Below the pieces are notes generated by a model that worked only from the letters and a program-made list of their open reading frames with translations, did no database searches and was not told where the DNA came from. DNA of 20,000 nucleotides from Chiloscyllium plagiosum (lineage: Eukaryota): NCBI RefSeq assembly GCF_004010195.1, contig NC_057711.1, forward strand, positions 79,672,000 to 79,691,999, given 5' to 3'. This document shows positions 9,674-20,000 of this stretch, piece by piece (the stretch's first letter is position 1; every line of letters starts with the position of its first letter). The translations under genes and the position numbers were made by a program.

Positions 9674-11310
9674 CTGTCGCATTCAGTCATGAATAACGGT
9701 GGATGATTATGCAACTCACTGGAGGAGGAAGAGACTCCACAAATATCCCCATCCTCAATGATGGACGAGCCCAACAGATCAGTGCCAAAGATAAGGCTGA
9801 AGCTTTCACAGCAATTGTCAGCCAGAAGTGCTGAATGGATAATCCATCTTGGCCTCCTCTTGTGGTCTCCAGCATCACAGATACTAGTCTTCAGCCAATT
9901 TGATTCTCTCCACATCATTTCAGTAAACGATTGGATACTACAAAGGCCATGGGTCCTGACAATTTTCCAGCAATAGTACTGAAGACCTATGCTCCAGAAC
10001 TTGCTGCTGCCCTAGCCAAACTGTTTCAGTACAGTAACAACACTGGTATCTACCTGACAATGTGGAAAATAGTGCAGGTATGTCCAGTACATAATAAAAA
10101 AAGCAGGACAAATCCAACATTGCCAATTAATGCCCTATCAGTGTACTCTTGATCATCAGGAAAGTGATGGAAATTGTCATTAAAAGTGCTATCAAGCAGC
10201 ACCTGCTCAGCAATAACCTGCTCAGTGATGTCCAGTTTGGCATCTGCCAAGGCCACTCAGCTCTTGACCTCATTACAGCCTTGGCTCAAACAAGGACAAA
10301 AGAGCTAAATTCCAGAGGGGAGGTGGGAGTGACATCAAGGCTGCATTCAACCGAGGGTGGCATCAAGGAGCCCTAGCAAAACTGGAATCAATGGGAATGA
10401 GGGGGCAAACTCTTTGATGGTTGGGGTCGTATGTGACACGTAGGATGATGATCATGGTTGTTGGAGGTCAGTCATCTCAGCTCCAGGACATCTCATCAGG
10501 AATTTCTCAGGGTAGCGTCCTCGGCCCAACCATTTTCATTGGCTTCATCAATAACCTTCTGTCCATCATATGGTCAGAAGCAAAGATATTTGCTGATGAT
10601 TGCCCAATGTTCAGCACCATTTGTGACACCTCAGACACTGAAGCAGTCCATGTCCAAATGCAACAAGATCAGCACAATATCCAGGCTTGGGCTGACAAGT
10701 GGCGAGTAATAGTCACACCACACAAATGCCAGGCTATGATCATTACCGATAAGAGACAATGTAACCACCATCCCTTGACATTCAATGGTGTTGCCATCTC
10801 TGAATCCTGCACTATCAGCATCCAGGGGGTTATCATTGACCAGAAATGTAACTGGACTCACTGCATAAATACAGTGGCTACAACAGCAGGTCAGAGTCTA
10901 CGAATACCGTGGTGAGAAATTCACCACGTAGCTCACCTCGTAGCTCCCCAAAGCCATTATCTACAAGGCAAAAGTCAGGAGTGTGATGGAATACTCCCCA
11001 CTTGCCTGGTTGAGTGCAGCCCTAAAACATTCAAGAAGCTTGACACCATCCAGGACAAAGCAGCTTGCTTGATTGGCACTACGTCCACAAGCATTGCAGT
11101 AGCAGCAGTGTGTACTAGCTACAAGCTGTGCTGCAGAAATTCACCAAAGATCCTGGAATTCACTCCCTAAAGACATTGTGGGTCAACCCTCAGTAGGTGG
11201 ACTGCAGCAGTTCAAGAAGGCAGCTCACCATCATCTTCTTTCGGGCAAGTAGGGACGGTCAATAAATGCTGGACAGCCAGCGATGCTCACATCCCACTAA
11301 TGAATAAATT
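9674..11310 (+). mobile_element. CR1/L2-group LINE ORF2 (RT domain to 3' end), degraded
   Basis: Motifs KAMGPDNFPAIVLK, WKIVQVCPVH, QFGICQGHS, GISQGSVLGP and IFADD. The 3' tail is CAATAAATGCTGGACAGCCAGCGATGCTCACATCCCACTAATGAATAAA. Confidence 0.92.
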
Positions 11311-12289
11311 AAGAAAATGTAACTCAGATATACTGTAACTGGCTACTAACTACCATGTAATAGACCCTTTCTGTTTAATAACATCAAGCCATCTTCTACA
11401 AGTGTCCTTCTTTACTTGATATCAATAGATTTTACTAATAGGATTAAAAAGATTAATGACAGAGAATTTACCCAAGCATTTTACATGGCTCTAACAGACC
11501 TGACCACGACATGTACCATGTGATAATGGTGTACTTTCATTAACTGTACTACACTTGCCTAGAAAACCAGTGACTGAACCTCAAAAGCAATTCACCAGTT
11601 ATGAAAGCCTTTGAGAATTTTTGAAGAAATAATAAGTCACAAAAGCTCATTCTTCCTTACCTAACTATAATAAAGGCAGTGTAAAATTTACTATAAGAAA
11701 TTTCCTTCCAAGTTACTCACAATCATGAAACAAAACCATTTTTGCTTGTGGTTTTATTTTATAATTTCATGGGTAGCTTTTCTTTCAAAAAAGAAATTCT
11801 GGATATTTACCACATAATTTTTAAAGACATTATTTATGACAAAAAGAGGGTCTGCAAATTCTCTTGCCAGCAGACTATGCATAAAAATGTTAGTTCAGAG
11901 TTGTAAAAAACAACTACAAAGAGAACTTTAGTGTAATTTTTGTCAATTCTTTGTCGTGCAAGGAACAAATCGTTATTTGGTATTGTTTGATCACCATACA
12001 ATTATATGGGAGTACGCCAATGCAGAGAAAAGAGCAGGATCCATATAAATCAGATGGGAGGAGCTTCAGATTCTCTTCAAACTACTCACATCCATCGAGA
12101 AGCATCAGGATATCTTGGATAATATGGAACAACTCCCCAATAAACAGACATTTGACTGAACTTTACAAAAGGGAATCAGCAGGTTCATCCATCCCATTTG
12201 TTAATAACAATTAACACGATTAATTAATTAAAGATTGTGGCCTGATTTTGCTTTGTAATATGGAATCCAATTTTAAATATTTCTGCATG

Positions 12290-12431
12290 CATTAATGGGT
12301 ACATGAAAGGAAAGGATGAGAGAGACATGGGCCAAATTCCAGCAAATGTAACTAGATCAGTTTAGATCAGTCAGCGCAAATGAGTTGAACCAAAGGATCT
12401 GCTTCCAGGCTGTATAACTCTCTGATTCTAA
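12290..12431 (+). mobile_element. CR1 LINE 3' end fragment
   Basis: Ends TTGAACCAAAGGATCTGCTTCCAGGCTGTATAACTCTCTGATTCTA, a diverged CR1/HER1 tail with a terminal ATTCTA-type repeat. Confidence 0.7.
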
Positions 12432-12834
12432 GTAGAGAATGATAAGATTGAAATAAGTCATTAGATTAGTACATCAGTGTGAAACGTATATACATCAGTA
12501 TATTATTGTGTGGTTCCTAAACCAATGTGCTGGTGTTACTTTTGAGATAAAGTATATGATGTTATTTTTTTCCAAATTACAGTCTCCAGAGCCATATTCT
12601 GACAGATAACACCTGTATGCTCTTCCTGTCCTCATAAGCTAAGATCTACAAAGATGGACTTCAGCCTTGTATTAGCATCTGTTTACTGATCTGGCATTAG
12701 TTTTCCTGCTTCAGACGGAGGTTCGCATCCCAAAGCCACTTTTTGCTGCTTTCCCTGGAACTGACTTGCTTTCAGCCCCAACTGTCATCTTCCATCTTCC
12801 CTTCTCCTTTCCCAGTCATTGCTGTCCAATTGTT

Positions 12835-13535
12835 CCAAACTAAGGAACTCATTATTAACTTTCGGCAGGATGTTACTCATGCCCCCCTACACATTAACAG
12901 CACAGAGGTGGATCAAGTGGATAGTGTCAAGCTCCTTAGAGTGGTCATCCACAACAAGCTATTTTGAACTCTTCATGTGGATGCACTGGTTACAGAGGCA
13001 CAACAAAGGAAGCTGAGGAAATTTGGCATGATGGCGAATACCCTTGCCAACATTTATAGGCGTGCCATCAGGAGCATTCTGTCTGGATATATCACTATCT
13101 GGTATGGCAACTGGACCATTCAAGATGGGAGACGGTTACAGAGATTGGTGAACTTGGCCTGGACAATCACAAAGGCCAACCTCCCATCTACAGAATCTAT
13201 CTACCAGGCCCGCTGTCAAGGAAAGGCCACCAGCATTCTCAAAGATCCATCCCACCCTGGCAATGTTTTTCTACAAACTCTACCATCGGGGAGAAGGTAC
13301 AGAAGCCTGAACACATGCACCAGCTAGTTTTGATGAAGTTTCTACCCTACTGTTGTTAGAATACTGAATGGACTCACAAACTTTTAATGTTTGCCTGTAC
13401 CTGTGTTTTTGTTTTTGCCGCAATTTACCTATTATTTACTTATCTATGTGATCTGCCTGTATTGCTCGCAAGACAAAGCTTTTCACTGTGCCTTGGTACA
13501 CGTGACAATAAATTCAATTTAATTCAAATTTCAAA
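12835..13535 (+). mobile_element. Rex1/Babar-clade LINE 3' portion (post-RT C-terminal region and 3' UTR)
   Basis: Motifs TKELIINFR, LRKFG...Y...I.SIL...IT.WYGN and SILKDPSHPG...LPSGRRYRS. Ends ACAATAAA followed by TTCAA-like repeats. Confidence 0.85.
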
Positions 13536-14507
13536 ATTTCATATCCATTGGCTGGGGCACTTGAAGTGTGACAAAGGAAAAATCTTTTCGCCCAAACAAT
13601 AACATCAACATATATTTGTATAGTAGTTTTAACATTGTATGTGTGTTGGACGCTGAGTGGTTGATATATTAAAGCACCTGACCAAGTGACCTTGTCAGTG
13701 AGGCGGACAAAGGAAACCAGAATTTATTTTGCAGTTCAACTCGATTTTATTAACACAATAGTCTTTATTAAAAACATGATGTGAGCATTTCCAACTTCCC
13801 ACAATATTTATTGTCTATCTATATGAAAAATATATTACCTGTATGAAAAAATATATTACCCCTTACCATCCATGTGTTTGAGCTGACCTTGAGCATCTCT
13901 GACATAGGGCTGGCTCTCTTCCACGAAGGTGGGTTATGCAGATCTTCTCCTAGGTTTTCTTGTGTTGCTGCACTATCTTCTGCTTACAGTCTTGCTGTGA
14001 GTTTTCCCTCCAAGTCTTTGCTGAAGGGTAGCTTTCATGTGTATATTTTAATGCCCCTTGCTCTGATCTTCCAGACATTTCTGTAGTCTTTGGCCAATGG
14101 GGTCATCAGCTGTGTTCAAATCATCCAATGGGGCCATGTTAACACCCTTCACTGTTGCCATGCTGGAAGGTATAAAGTGGATATCCTCTGACAGTCAAGG
14201 TGCCAGAGAGTCTGATCAATACGTCTCCAATGCACAACTCTGGGGCTGGTTGCAACTGGTTCCCCTTGAATCTTTGTAAACCCTGGGATCTCAGTTGCCA
14301 CTGTTCTCTGTAGCCATTAGTTGCTGGTTGATGTTTAACTTTGTTTGTTTGACCAATTTTATGTCAGGTCAGGTCTGATTTCTCCAGCCGTGGATCAATT
14401 TAGAATGTCAAATTTTGCACCTATGGTCATTTGACCAAATTAATGTAATAAAACATTTCACAGACACAGTCAAAAGAAATTACACCAGGCAACACAGGGA
14501 GATATTA

Positions 14508-15030
14508 GGCTAGATTTTACTGGGCACCATGTTTCATGTCCTCTGGCTAAGTAGTCAGAGGGGAACCCACCAAGCTCATGATGGCTGTCCACAGCAGTTT
14601 AAAATAGGGGAATTAACATTAATTGCATGAGGTGAGACTTTCATTGCCTTCCGAGGAGGAAGTCCTTCTTATAAAGCTGCTGACCAATCAAATGGCAAAA
14701 AGCTTTGTTCCAGCAATAGCTCCAGGAGCTGAGATCCTCAGGCAAGACTTGGGCAAAATGTTTCAGCAAAGAGAGTGAGAGAAATGGGTCTTATGATCAA
14801 AGCAAATCAGGATGGAGATTAAAAGGATAACCTTTGCAGGGAGGGCTACCTCTGGTGGGTCTAGGAGGCCACAATAAAAATCCCCATGCCTCATTATTGC
14901 CTGACACGAAGCAGCTCCTATAACTAAAGTTGTCAGACTCCTCACATTTCATGGCATTCCTTCCACGGTCAATATAATACAGACAGGGAGATGAAGCCTC
15001 AAGTGTTTATTAATTGGTAAATTAAAATAA
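14508..15030. mobile_element. Possible non-autonomous DNA transposon remnant
   Basis: Starts GGCTAGATTTTAC, which resembles my recollection of the termini of abundant shark non-autonomous elements. Non-coding; the second terminus was not identified. Confidence 0.35.
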
Positions 15031-15189
15031 TAAAGCACTCCTTCTAATCTTTAAAAAAAATCATGTTTTCTTGTAATGCACTAATTGCCTAAATAAAATT
15101 GCCTAGCTACAACTTTCATTGTTCAGCCATATCCTCCTGGGTTAGCAACAACTTGGTGCACAAAGGATCTACTGGTCCCATCTGGAGAA

Positions 15190-15846
15190 AAAGGACATCA
15201 AAGAACAAAACATATTACAGCACAGGAACAGGCCCTTCGACCCTCCAAACCTGCGCCAATCTATATCCTCTATTTAAATATGCCGCCTCTTTCCTAAGGA
15301 TCTGTGTCCCCTTGCTCCTTGCCCATTCATGTATCTGTCTTGATACATCTTAAATGATGCTATTGTCCCCGCCCCTACCACTTCTACTGGTAACATTTTC
15401 CCAGACATCCACCACCCTGTGTGAAGAACTTTCCATGTATATCTCTCCTAAACCTTTCCTCTCTCACTCTCACTCATAATCCCTAGTAATTGAGTCCTCC
15501 ACTCTGGGAAAAATTTCTTGCTATAAACCCTGTCTACGCCTCTCATGATTTTGTAGGACTCAATCAGGTCCCCCATCAACCTGCTTCTTTCCAATGAAAA
15601 TAATCCTAATCTATACAACCTCTCCTCATAGCTTGCACCCTCCACACCAGGCAACATCCTGGCAAAACTCCTCTGTACCCTCTCCAAAGCATCCACATCC
15701 TTTTGGCAATGTGGTGACCAGAACTGTATGCAGTATTCCAAATTGGCCGAACCAAAGTCTTACACAACTGTAACATGACCTGCTAACTCTTGTACTCAAT
15801 ACCCCATCCAATGAAGGAAAGCATGCCATTTGCCTTCTTGACCACC
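15190..15846 (-). mobile_element. 5'-truncated CR1 LINE (ORF2 C-terminus and 3' UTR)
   Basis: EYCIQFWSPHCQKDVDALERVQRSFARMLPG...YEERL..LGLFSLE...GDLIE.YKIMRG. The tail ACAGCACAGGAACAGGCCCTTCG lies on the + strand. Confidence 0.93.
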
Positions 15847-16847
15847 GAGTATGCCGTATGCCTTCATGACCGCTTGACATTATATGAATGTTGGGAATAA
15901 AACAAAGCTAGAAAGTACTGTAAAAATATAACCAAATAATTAATTTTGGTGAAGAGGAATATCAGTACGCAAACAAAATAGTTAGGCTAAAAATTTGAGG
16001 AATGCTTCCCAATTCCAGACAGTGGGTATTTAAGCCCAGCATATAGATGAATATCATGTGTCTGACAAAAGCTAAATATCTCTAGGGTGGCAGTTGTGGA
16101 GATGTTTTGTACTGTTTCACTTTGAAATTATATATCGGGTGAAATAAGTTTTGCTTACATTAATTAGGAACATGATCAATGATGTACTTTATTTATGTGG
16201 CAGTTGCTTCTGCTTTGTGTTTCTGTGATATCATATACATGCCACCAAATTTAGCCTTCAGTTGCATGGTGTTCTCAAGAGATGTTTGCTAGTGCTATCC
16301 AACGGTAGAAGCCAGTCGACATATATCCAACAATCATTGGCAACTTACAGTGATGGTATAAATCACATTTTGTTCTTTTTATTGGTCATTTGGGAATCAC
16401 AGTCTGTGCTAACAGCCAATCAGAAACATTTAGTTCCAATATACCGAGGAGTTGGTATTCCTTATAAATATAAGAACACAAGAACTAGGAACAGGAGTGG
16501 GCCTCAAGCCCATTTGATACAATCATGGCTCATTTCATCTTGACCTCAATTCGATTTTCTTGTCCACTCTCCATGACCCTTCAACCCATTGTTAATTAAA
16601 AATTTGTCTGTCTGCTCCTTAAATTTACTCAATGTCCTGTCATCTGCTACACTCTGGGGCAGTGAATTCCACAGATTCATGATTCTTTGAGAGATGTAGT
16701 TTCTCTTCATCTCAGTTTTTAAATCTGTTATCCTTTATCCTAAGACTATGATCTCTGATTTTAGATTGCCCCACATGAGAAAACATTGTTTTCATGTCTA
16801 CTTTGTTAATTCTCTTTAGCATCTTATATACTTTGATTGGATAAAGT

Positions 16848-17155
16848 GGGCAGCACGGAGGCACAATGGTTAGCACTGCTGCCTCACAGCGCCAAAGACC
16901 CAGGTTCAATTCCCACCTCAGGCGTCTGACTGTGGGGAGTTTGCACATTCTCCCCGTGTCTGCGTGGGTTTCCTCCGGGTGCTCCGGTTTCCTCCCACAT
17001 CATCAAAAATGTGCAGTTTAGATGAATTAGCCATGCTAAATTGCCCGTAGTGTTAGGTGTAGGATAATGGGTCTGGGTGGGTTGCACTTCGGCGGGTCGA
17101 TGTGGACTTGTTGGGCCAAAGGACCTGTTTCCACACTGTAAGTAATCTTATCTAA
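16848..17155 (+). mobile_element. HE1-type V-SINE, young full-length copy nested in CR1
   Basis: Head GGGCAGCACGGAGGCACAATGGTTAGCACTGCTGCCTCACAGCGCC, CpGs retained, tail CTGTAAGTAATCTTATCTAA. Confidence 0.95.
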
Positions 17156-17403
17156 ATATCCTCTCATTCTTCTAAACTCTAGAAGAGTATAGGCCTAAAC
17201 TACTCAATCTCTCTTCAAAAGATAAAACCCTCATCTCTAGAATCAATCTCATGAATTTCCTCTGAACTGCTACCAATACAACTGCATCTCTCCTCAGATA
17301 AAAGGGAGCAAGATCGTTCCCATGACTCCAGATGCAATCTCAATAATGCCTTGTACAGTTGGGGCAACTCTTCCCTCCTTTGGTACCCTATTCCTTTCAT
17401 AAT

Positions 17404-17815
17404 TCCTTTCATCGCCAGACCCTGGCCACGTGATGCCTGGAGGAAGAGTGCCTCATGTTCCGCCTAGGAACCCTCCAGCCACACGGGATGAATGTAGATT
17501 TCTCCAGCTTCCTCAATTACCCTCCCCCCACGTTATCTCAGTCCAAACCCTCGGATTCAGCACCACCCTCTTGACCTGCAATCTTCTTCCCGACCTCTTC
17601 ACCCCCACCCTCTCTCCAGCCTATCACCCTCACCCCCTTCCACCTATCGTATTCCCAGCACCCCTTCCCCAAATTCCCTCCCCCCTACCTTTTATCTCAA
17701 CCCGCTTGGCACACCAGCCTCATTCCTGAAGAAGGGCTTATGCCCGAAACGTCGATTCTCCTGCTCCTCGGATGCTGCCTGGCCTGCTGTGTTTTTCCAG
17801 CACCACATTTTTCAA
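17404..17815 (+). mobile_element. 5'-truncated Penelope-like element (GIY-YIG C-terminus plus 3' terminal region) nested in CR1
   Basis: Translates as LEEECLMFRLGTLQPHGMNVDF, a PLE endonuclease C-terminal motif. It has a C-rich UTR and a hammerhead core, and is flanked by CTTTCATAAT at 17394-17403 and 17816-17825. Confidence 0.85.
17721..17760 (+). ncRNA. Minimal type I hammerhead ribozyme motif
   Basis: CUGAAGA (17726-17732), A, stem II GGGC-UUAU-GCCC, GAAA (17746-17749), palindromic ACGU, and a GUC cleavage triplet (17751-17753). Confidence 0.75.
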
Positions 17816-18051
17816 CTTTCATAATAAATGCCAATATTCCATTTCTCTTCCTTACTATCTGCTTTACCTGAGCACTACTTTTCTGAGATTCATGCACAAG
17901 GATACTCAGAGCCCTTTGCATCAAATCACTCTGAAGTTTCTCTCCATTTAGATAATAAATTGCCATTCTATTCCTCTTCCCAAAGTAGATAACCTTACAC
18001 TTATCCATATTAGACTTCATTCATCGAACAAGATTTTTTGTCTCAAAATAA

Positions 18052-18357
18052 GCGGTGGCACAGTGGTTAGCACTGCTGCCTCACAGCGCCGGAGACCCGG
18101 GTTCAATTCCCGACTCAGGCGACTGACTGTGTGGAGTTTGCACATTCTCCCCGTGTCTGCGTGGGTTTCCTCCGGGTGCTCCGGTTTCCTCCCACAGTCC
18201 AAAGATGTGCAGGTCAGGTGAATTGGCCATGCTAAATTGCCCGCAGTGTTAGGTAAGGGGTAAATGTAGGGGTATGGGTGGGTTTCGCTTCGGCGGGTCG
18301 GTGAGGACTTGTTGGGCCGAAGGGCCTGTTTCCACACTGTAATGTAATCTAAAAAAA
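18052..18357 (+). mobile_element. HE1-type V-SINE, youngest-looking copy
   Basis: Intact A-box (TGGCACAGTGG) and B-box (GGTTCAATTCC), many retained CpGs, tail TGGGCCGAAGGGCCTGTTTCCACACTGTAATGTAATCT followed by an A-run. Confidence 0.95.
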
Positions 18358-18482
18358 GCCCAGGAGTTAAGATGTGTATTAGTGTTTTGAAAATGTATGA
18401 ACACTTGCATGTGTTTTAACCTCATGAACATGCTAAAGCTCCAGGTTCATTCTTAATGGCCTCATCTTTTTGTAAAGTTTTC

Positions 18483-19230
18483 TCAGACATTTTCTTGACA
18501 CAATGTCAAGCAGTACAATATACAGCACCCAACCTGTGACAAAATTGAAAAGTTTCCCCTTGTTTGTCCTTCAAGACAAAGATGATCATGTTTATTGTCT
18601 GGGGCACTTGGTGAGTTTCTGATGGCTATGTATGTGATTCTGAGGCCAATGTGTACCTGGAAAGTTCTGCTGCCACTTTTTAGAATTTGGAGATGCTCTG
18701 TAAGCGAAGTTAACCAATCAGTACCGAGAATTGGTAATGAATGTGTAAACTGGGGACAGGACATAGAATTCAGAGCTTTTGAGAATCTCCTTCAATCTTT
18801 GTGAACAGCATATGACTGCTTTTTTGATTCAGTCTTGCATTTCTCGGAGACTGCACTGAACTGTTCTGTAGGTATCATGCTTCGATAGTGATGGCTGTAA
18901 ATCCTGTAAGGGGTAATGTTTCTCTTCCAACATTTTCTGAATTACCTCATTGTTTATTTCCAACCAATCTTGATGCTTATGAGAAATACGACCAATGGTC
19001 TTTAGAGCAGTGAAGTCCATTGTATATCCCTAAAGTTGCCCAGTTATCTACTATGAGGTGAGGGTCCATTTTCGCTTTGTAGAGTTGACTCTCAATTTCT
19101 TTTACAGATTCCTTCTTGATTGCTTTTGAGTCAGATCTTTGGACCTTCCTGTCCAGGGCATCTAGGGGTTAAATCTTCATGTTTAGCTCTGAAATGATAC
19201 GGTCAGTTCAAAGTCAACACAACACATGGC
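18483..19230 (-). mobile_element. Degraded RTE-clade LINE ORF fragment (endonuclease-RT linker)
   Basis: KHQDWLEINNEVIQKMLEEKH...VQCSLREMQD matches the RTE KHQDWFDEN.EI..LL.EK...VQ..LREMQ motif. Confidence 0.75.
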
Positions 19231-19494
19231 GTTTGCTACACGCTACATACTGCTGGCTCCTGTGCCTGCTGATAAGGTATAATAGAAAGTGCATGGAAAG
19301 AAGCATGTCTTAGGCATTTTTCTGGAGAGGTGTTTTCAGTAACCTGTAGGATATGGATAAACTAGGGATGGTTGAAACCAAGAAGACTGGAAACCAGGTC
19401 AAGCCAGCAGACCCTAAGTGTGTATGTAAGGACACCGATAGCTCAGAGATATTGAGGGTAAGAATTTGCATATGCTAGCAGAAAGTTTGCTTAA

Positions 19495-20000
19495 AACATA
19501 GAACATAGAAAAATACAGCGCAGTACAGGCCTTTCGGCCCTCGATGTTGCGCCGATCCAAGCCCACCTAACCTATACTGGCCCACTATCCTCCATATGCC
19601 TATCCAACGCCCGCTTAAATGCCCATAATGAGGGAGAGTCCACCACTGCTACTGGCAGGGCATTCCATGAACTCACGACTCGCTGAGTAAAAAACCTACC
19701 CCTAACATCTGTCCTAAAAACCCCTTAATTTAAAGCTATGCCCCCTTGTAATAGCTGACGTGGAAAAAGATTCTCACTGTCAACCCTATCTAAACCCCTA
19801 ATCATCTTGTACACCTCTATCAAGTCACCCCTAAACCTTCTTTTCTCCAATGAAAACAACCCCAAGTGCCTCAGCCTTTCCTCATACGATCTTTCTACCA
19901 TACCAGGCAACATCCTGGTAAACCTCCTCTGCACCCGTTCCAGTGCCTCCACATCCTTCCTATAGTATGGCGACCAAAACTCCACACAATACTCCAGATG
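19495..20000 (-). mobile_element. Young CR1 (HER1-like) LINE 3' end, running off the window edge
   Basis: EFWSPYYRKDVEALERVQRRFTRMLPGM...LGLFSLEKRRFRGDLIEVYKMIRGLDRVD. Terminal (AACATAG)n repeat on the + strand; CpGs retained. Confidence 0.95.

Larger units (their letters stand above)
16465..18020 (-). mobile_element. 5'-truncated CR1 LINE interrupted by an HE1 SINE and a Penelope-like element
   Basis: Collinear pieces NMDKCKVIYFGKRN, LYKALLRLHLE and IKVYKMLKRINKVD...F, with a 3' tail ATAAGAACACAAGAACTAGGAACAGGAGT on the + strand. Confidence 0.9.

Noticed and set aside
10421..10915. Longest ORF (164 aa) with RT motifs, considered as an active or domesticated reverse transcriptase or a retron/DGR-like system
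   Set aside because: It is one open stretch of a frameshifted, stop-ridden LINE ORF2 in a eukaryotic repeat context, with no accessory genes.
18052..18125. tRNA-like heads (also at 4328, 5738 and 16848) considered as tRNA genes
   Set aside because: The A/B boxes run straight into SINE bodies and LINE-derived tails, so these are SINE heads.
18017..18337. 106-aa ORF containing CGRKPEHPEETHADTGRMCKLHT
   Set aside because: It is the antisense translation of the V-SINE core, which commonly yields spurious proteins.

Overview
This is eukaryotic, CpG-depleted, repeat-dense genomic DNA, most likely from a cartilaginous fish (shark). The assignment rests on five copies of an HE1-type V-SINE, Deu-domain and MetaSINE-like SINEs, and many CR1-clade LINE fragments. 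Most of the window is transposon debris, often nested: CR1, a CR1/L2-group LINE split by a solo LTR, Rex1/Babar, RTE, Penelope-like and PIF/Harbinger remnants. None of the listed ORFs is an intact gene. The only host-gene signal is a candidate 81-bp coding exon (1411-1491, +) and a possible phase-matched terminal exon (3982/3985-4021) of a gene I cannot identify. I found no prokaryotic-type system and no convincingly new multi-gene system. The most interesting items are a hammerhead-ribozyme core in a Penelope-like insertion, a TSD-bounded 153-bp hairpin mini-element with a decayed hammerhead, a 124-bp microhomology-bounded templated insertion, and two SINE/LINE pairs with shared 3' tails. Family names come from my recall of motifs and were not checked against a database. 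Repeat boundaries are approximate.
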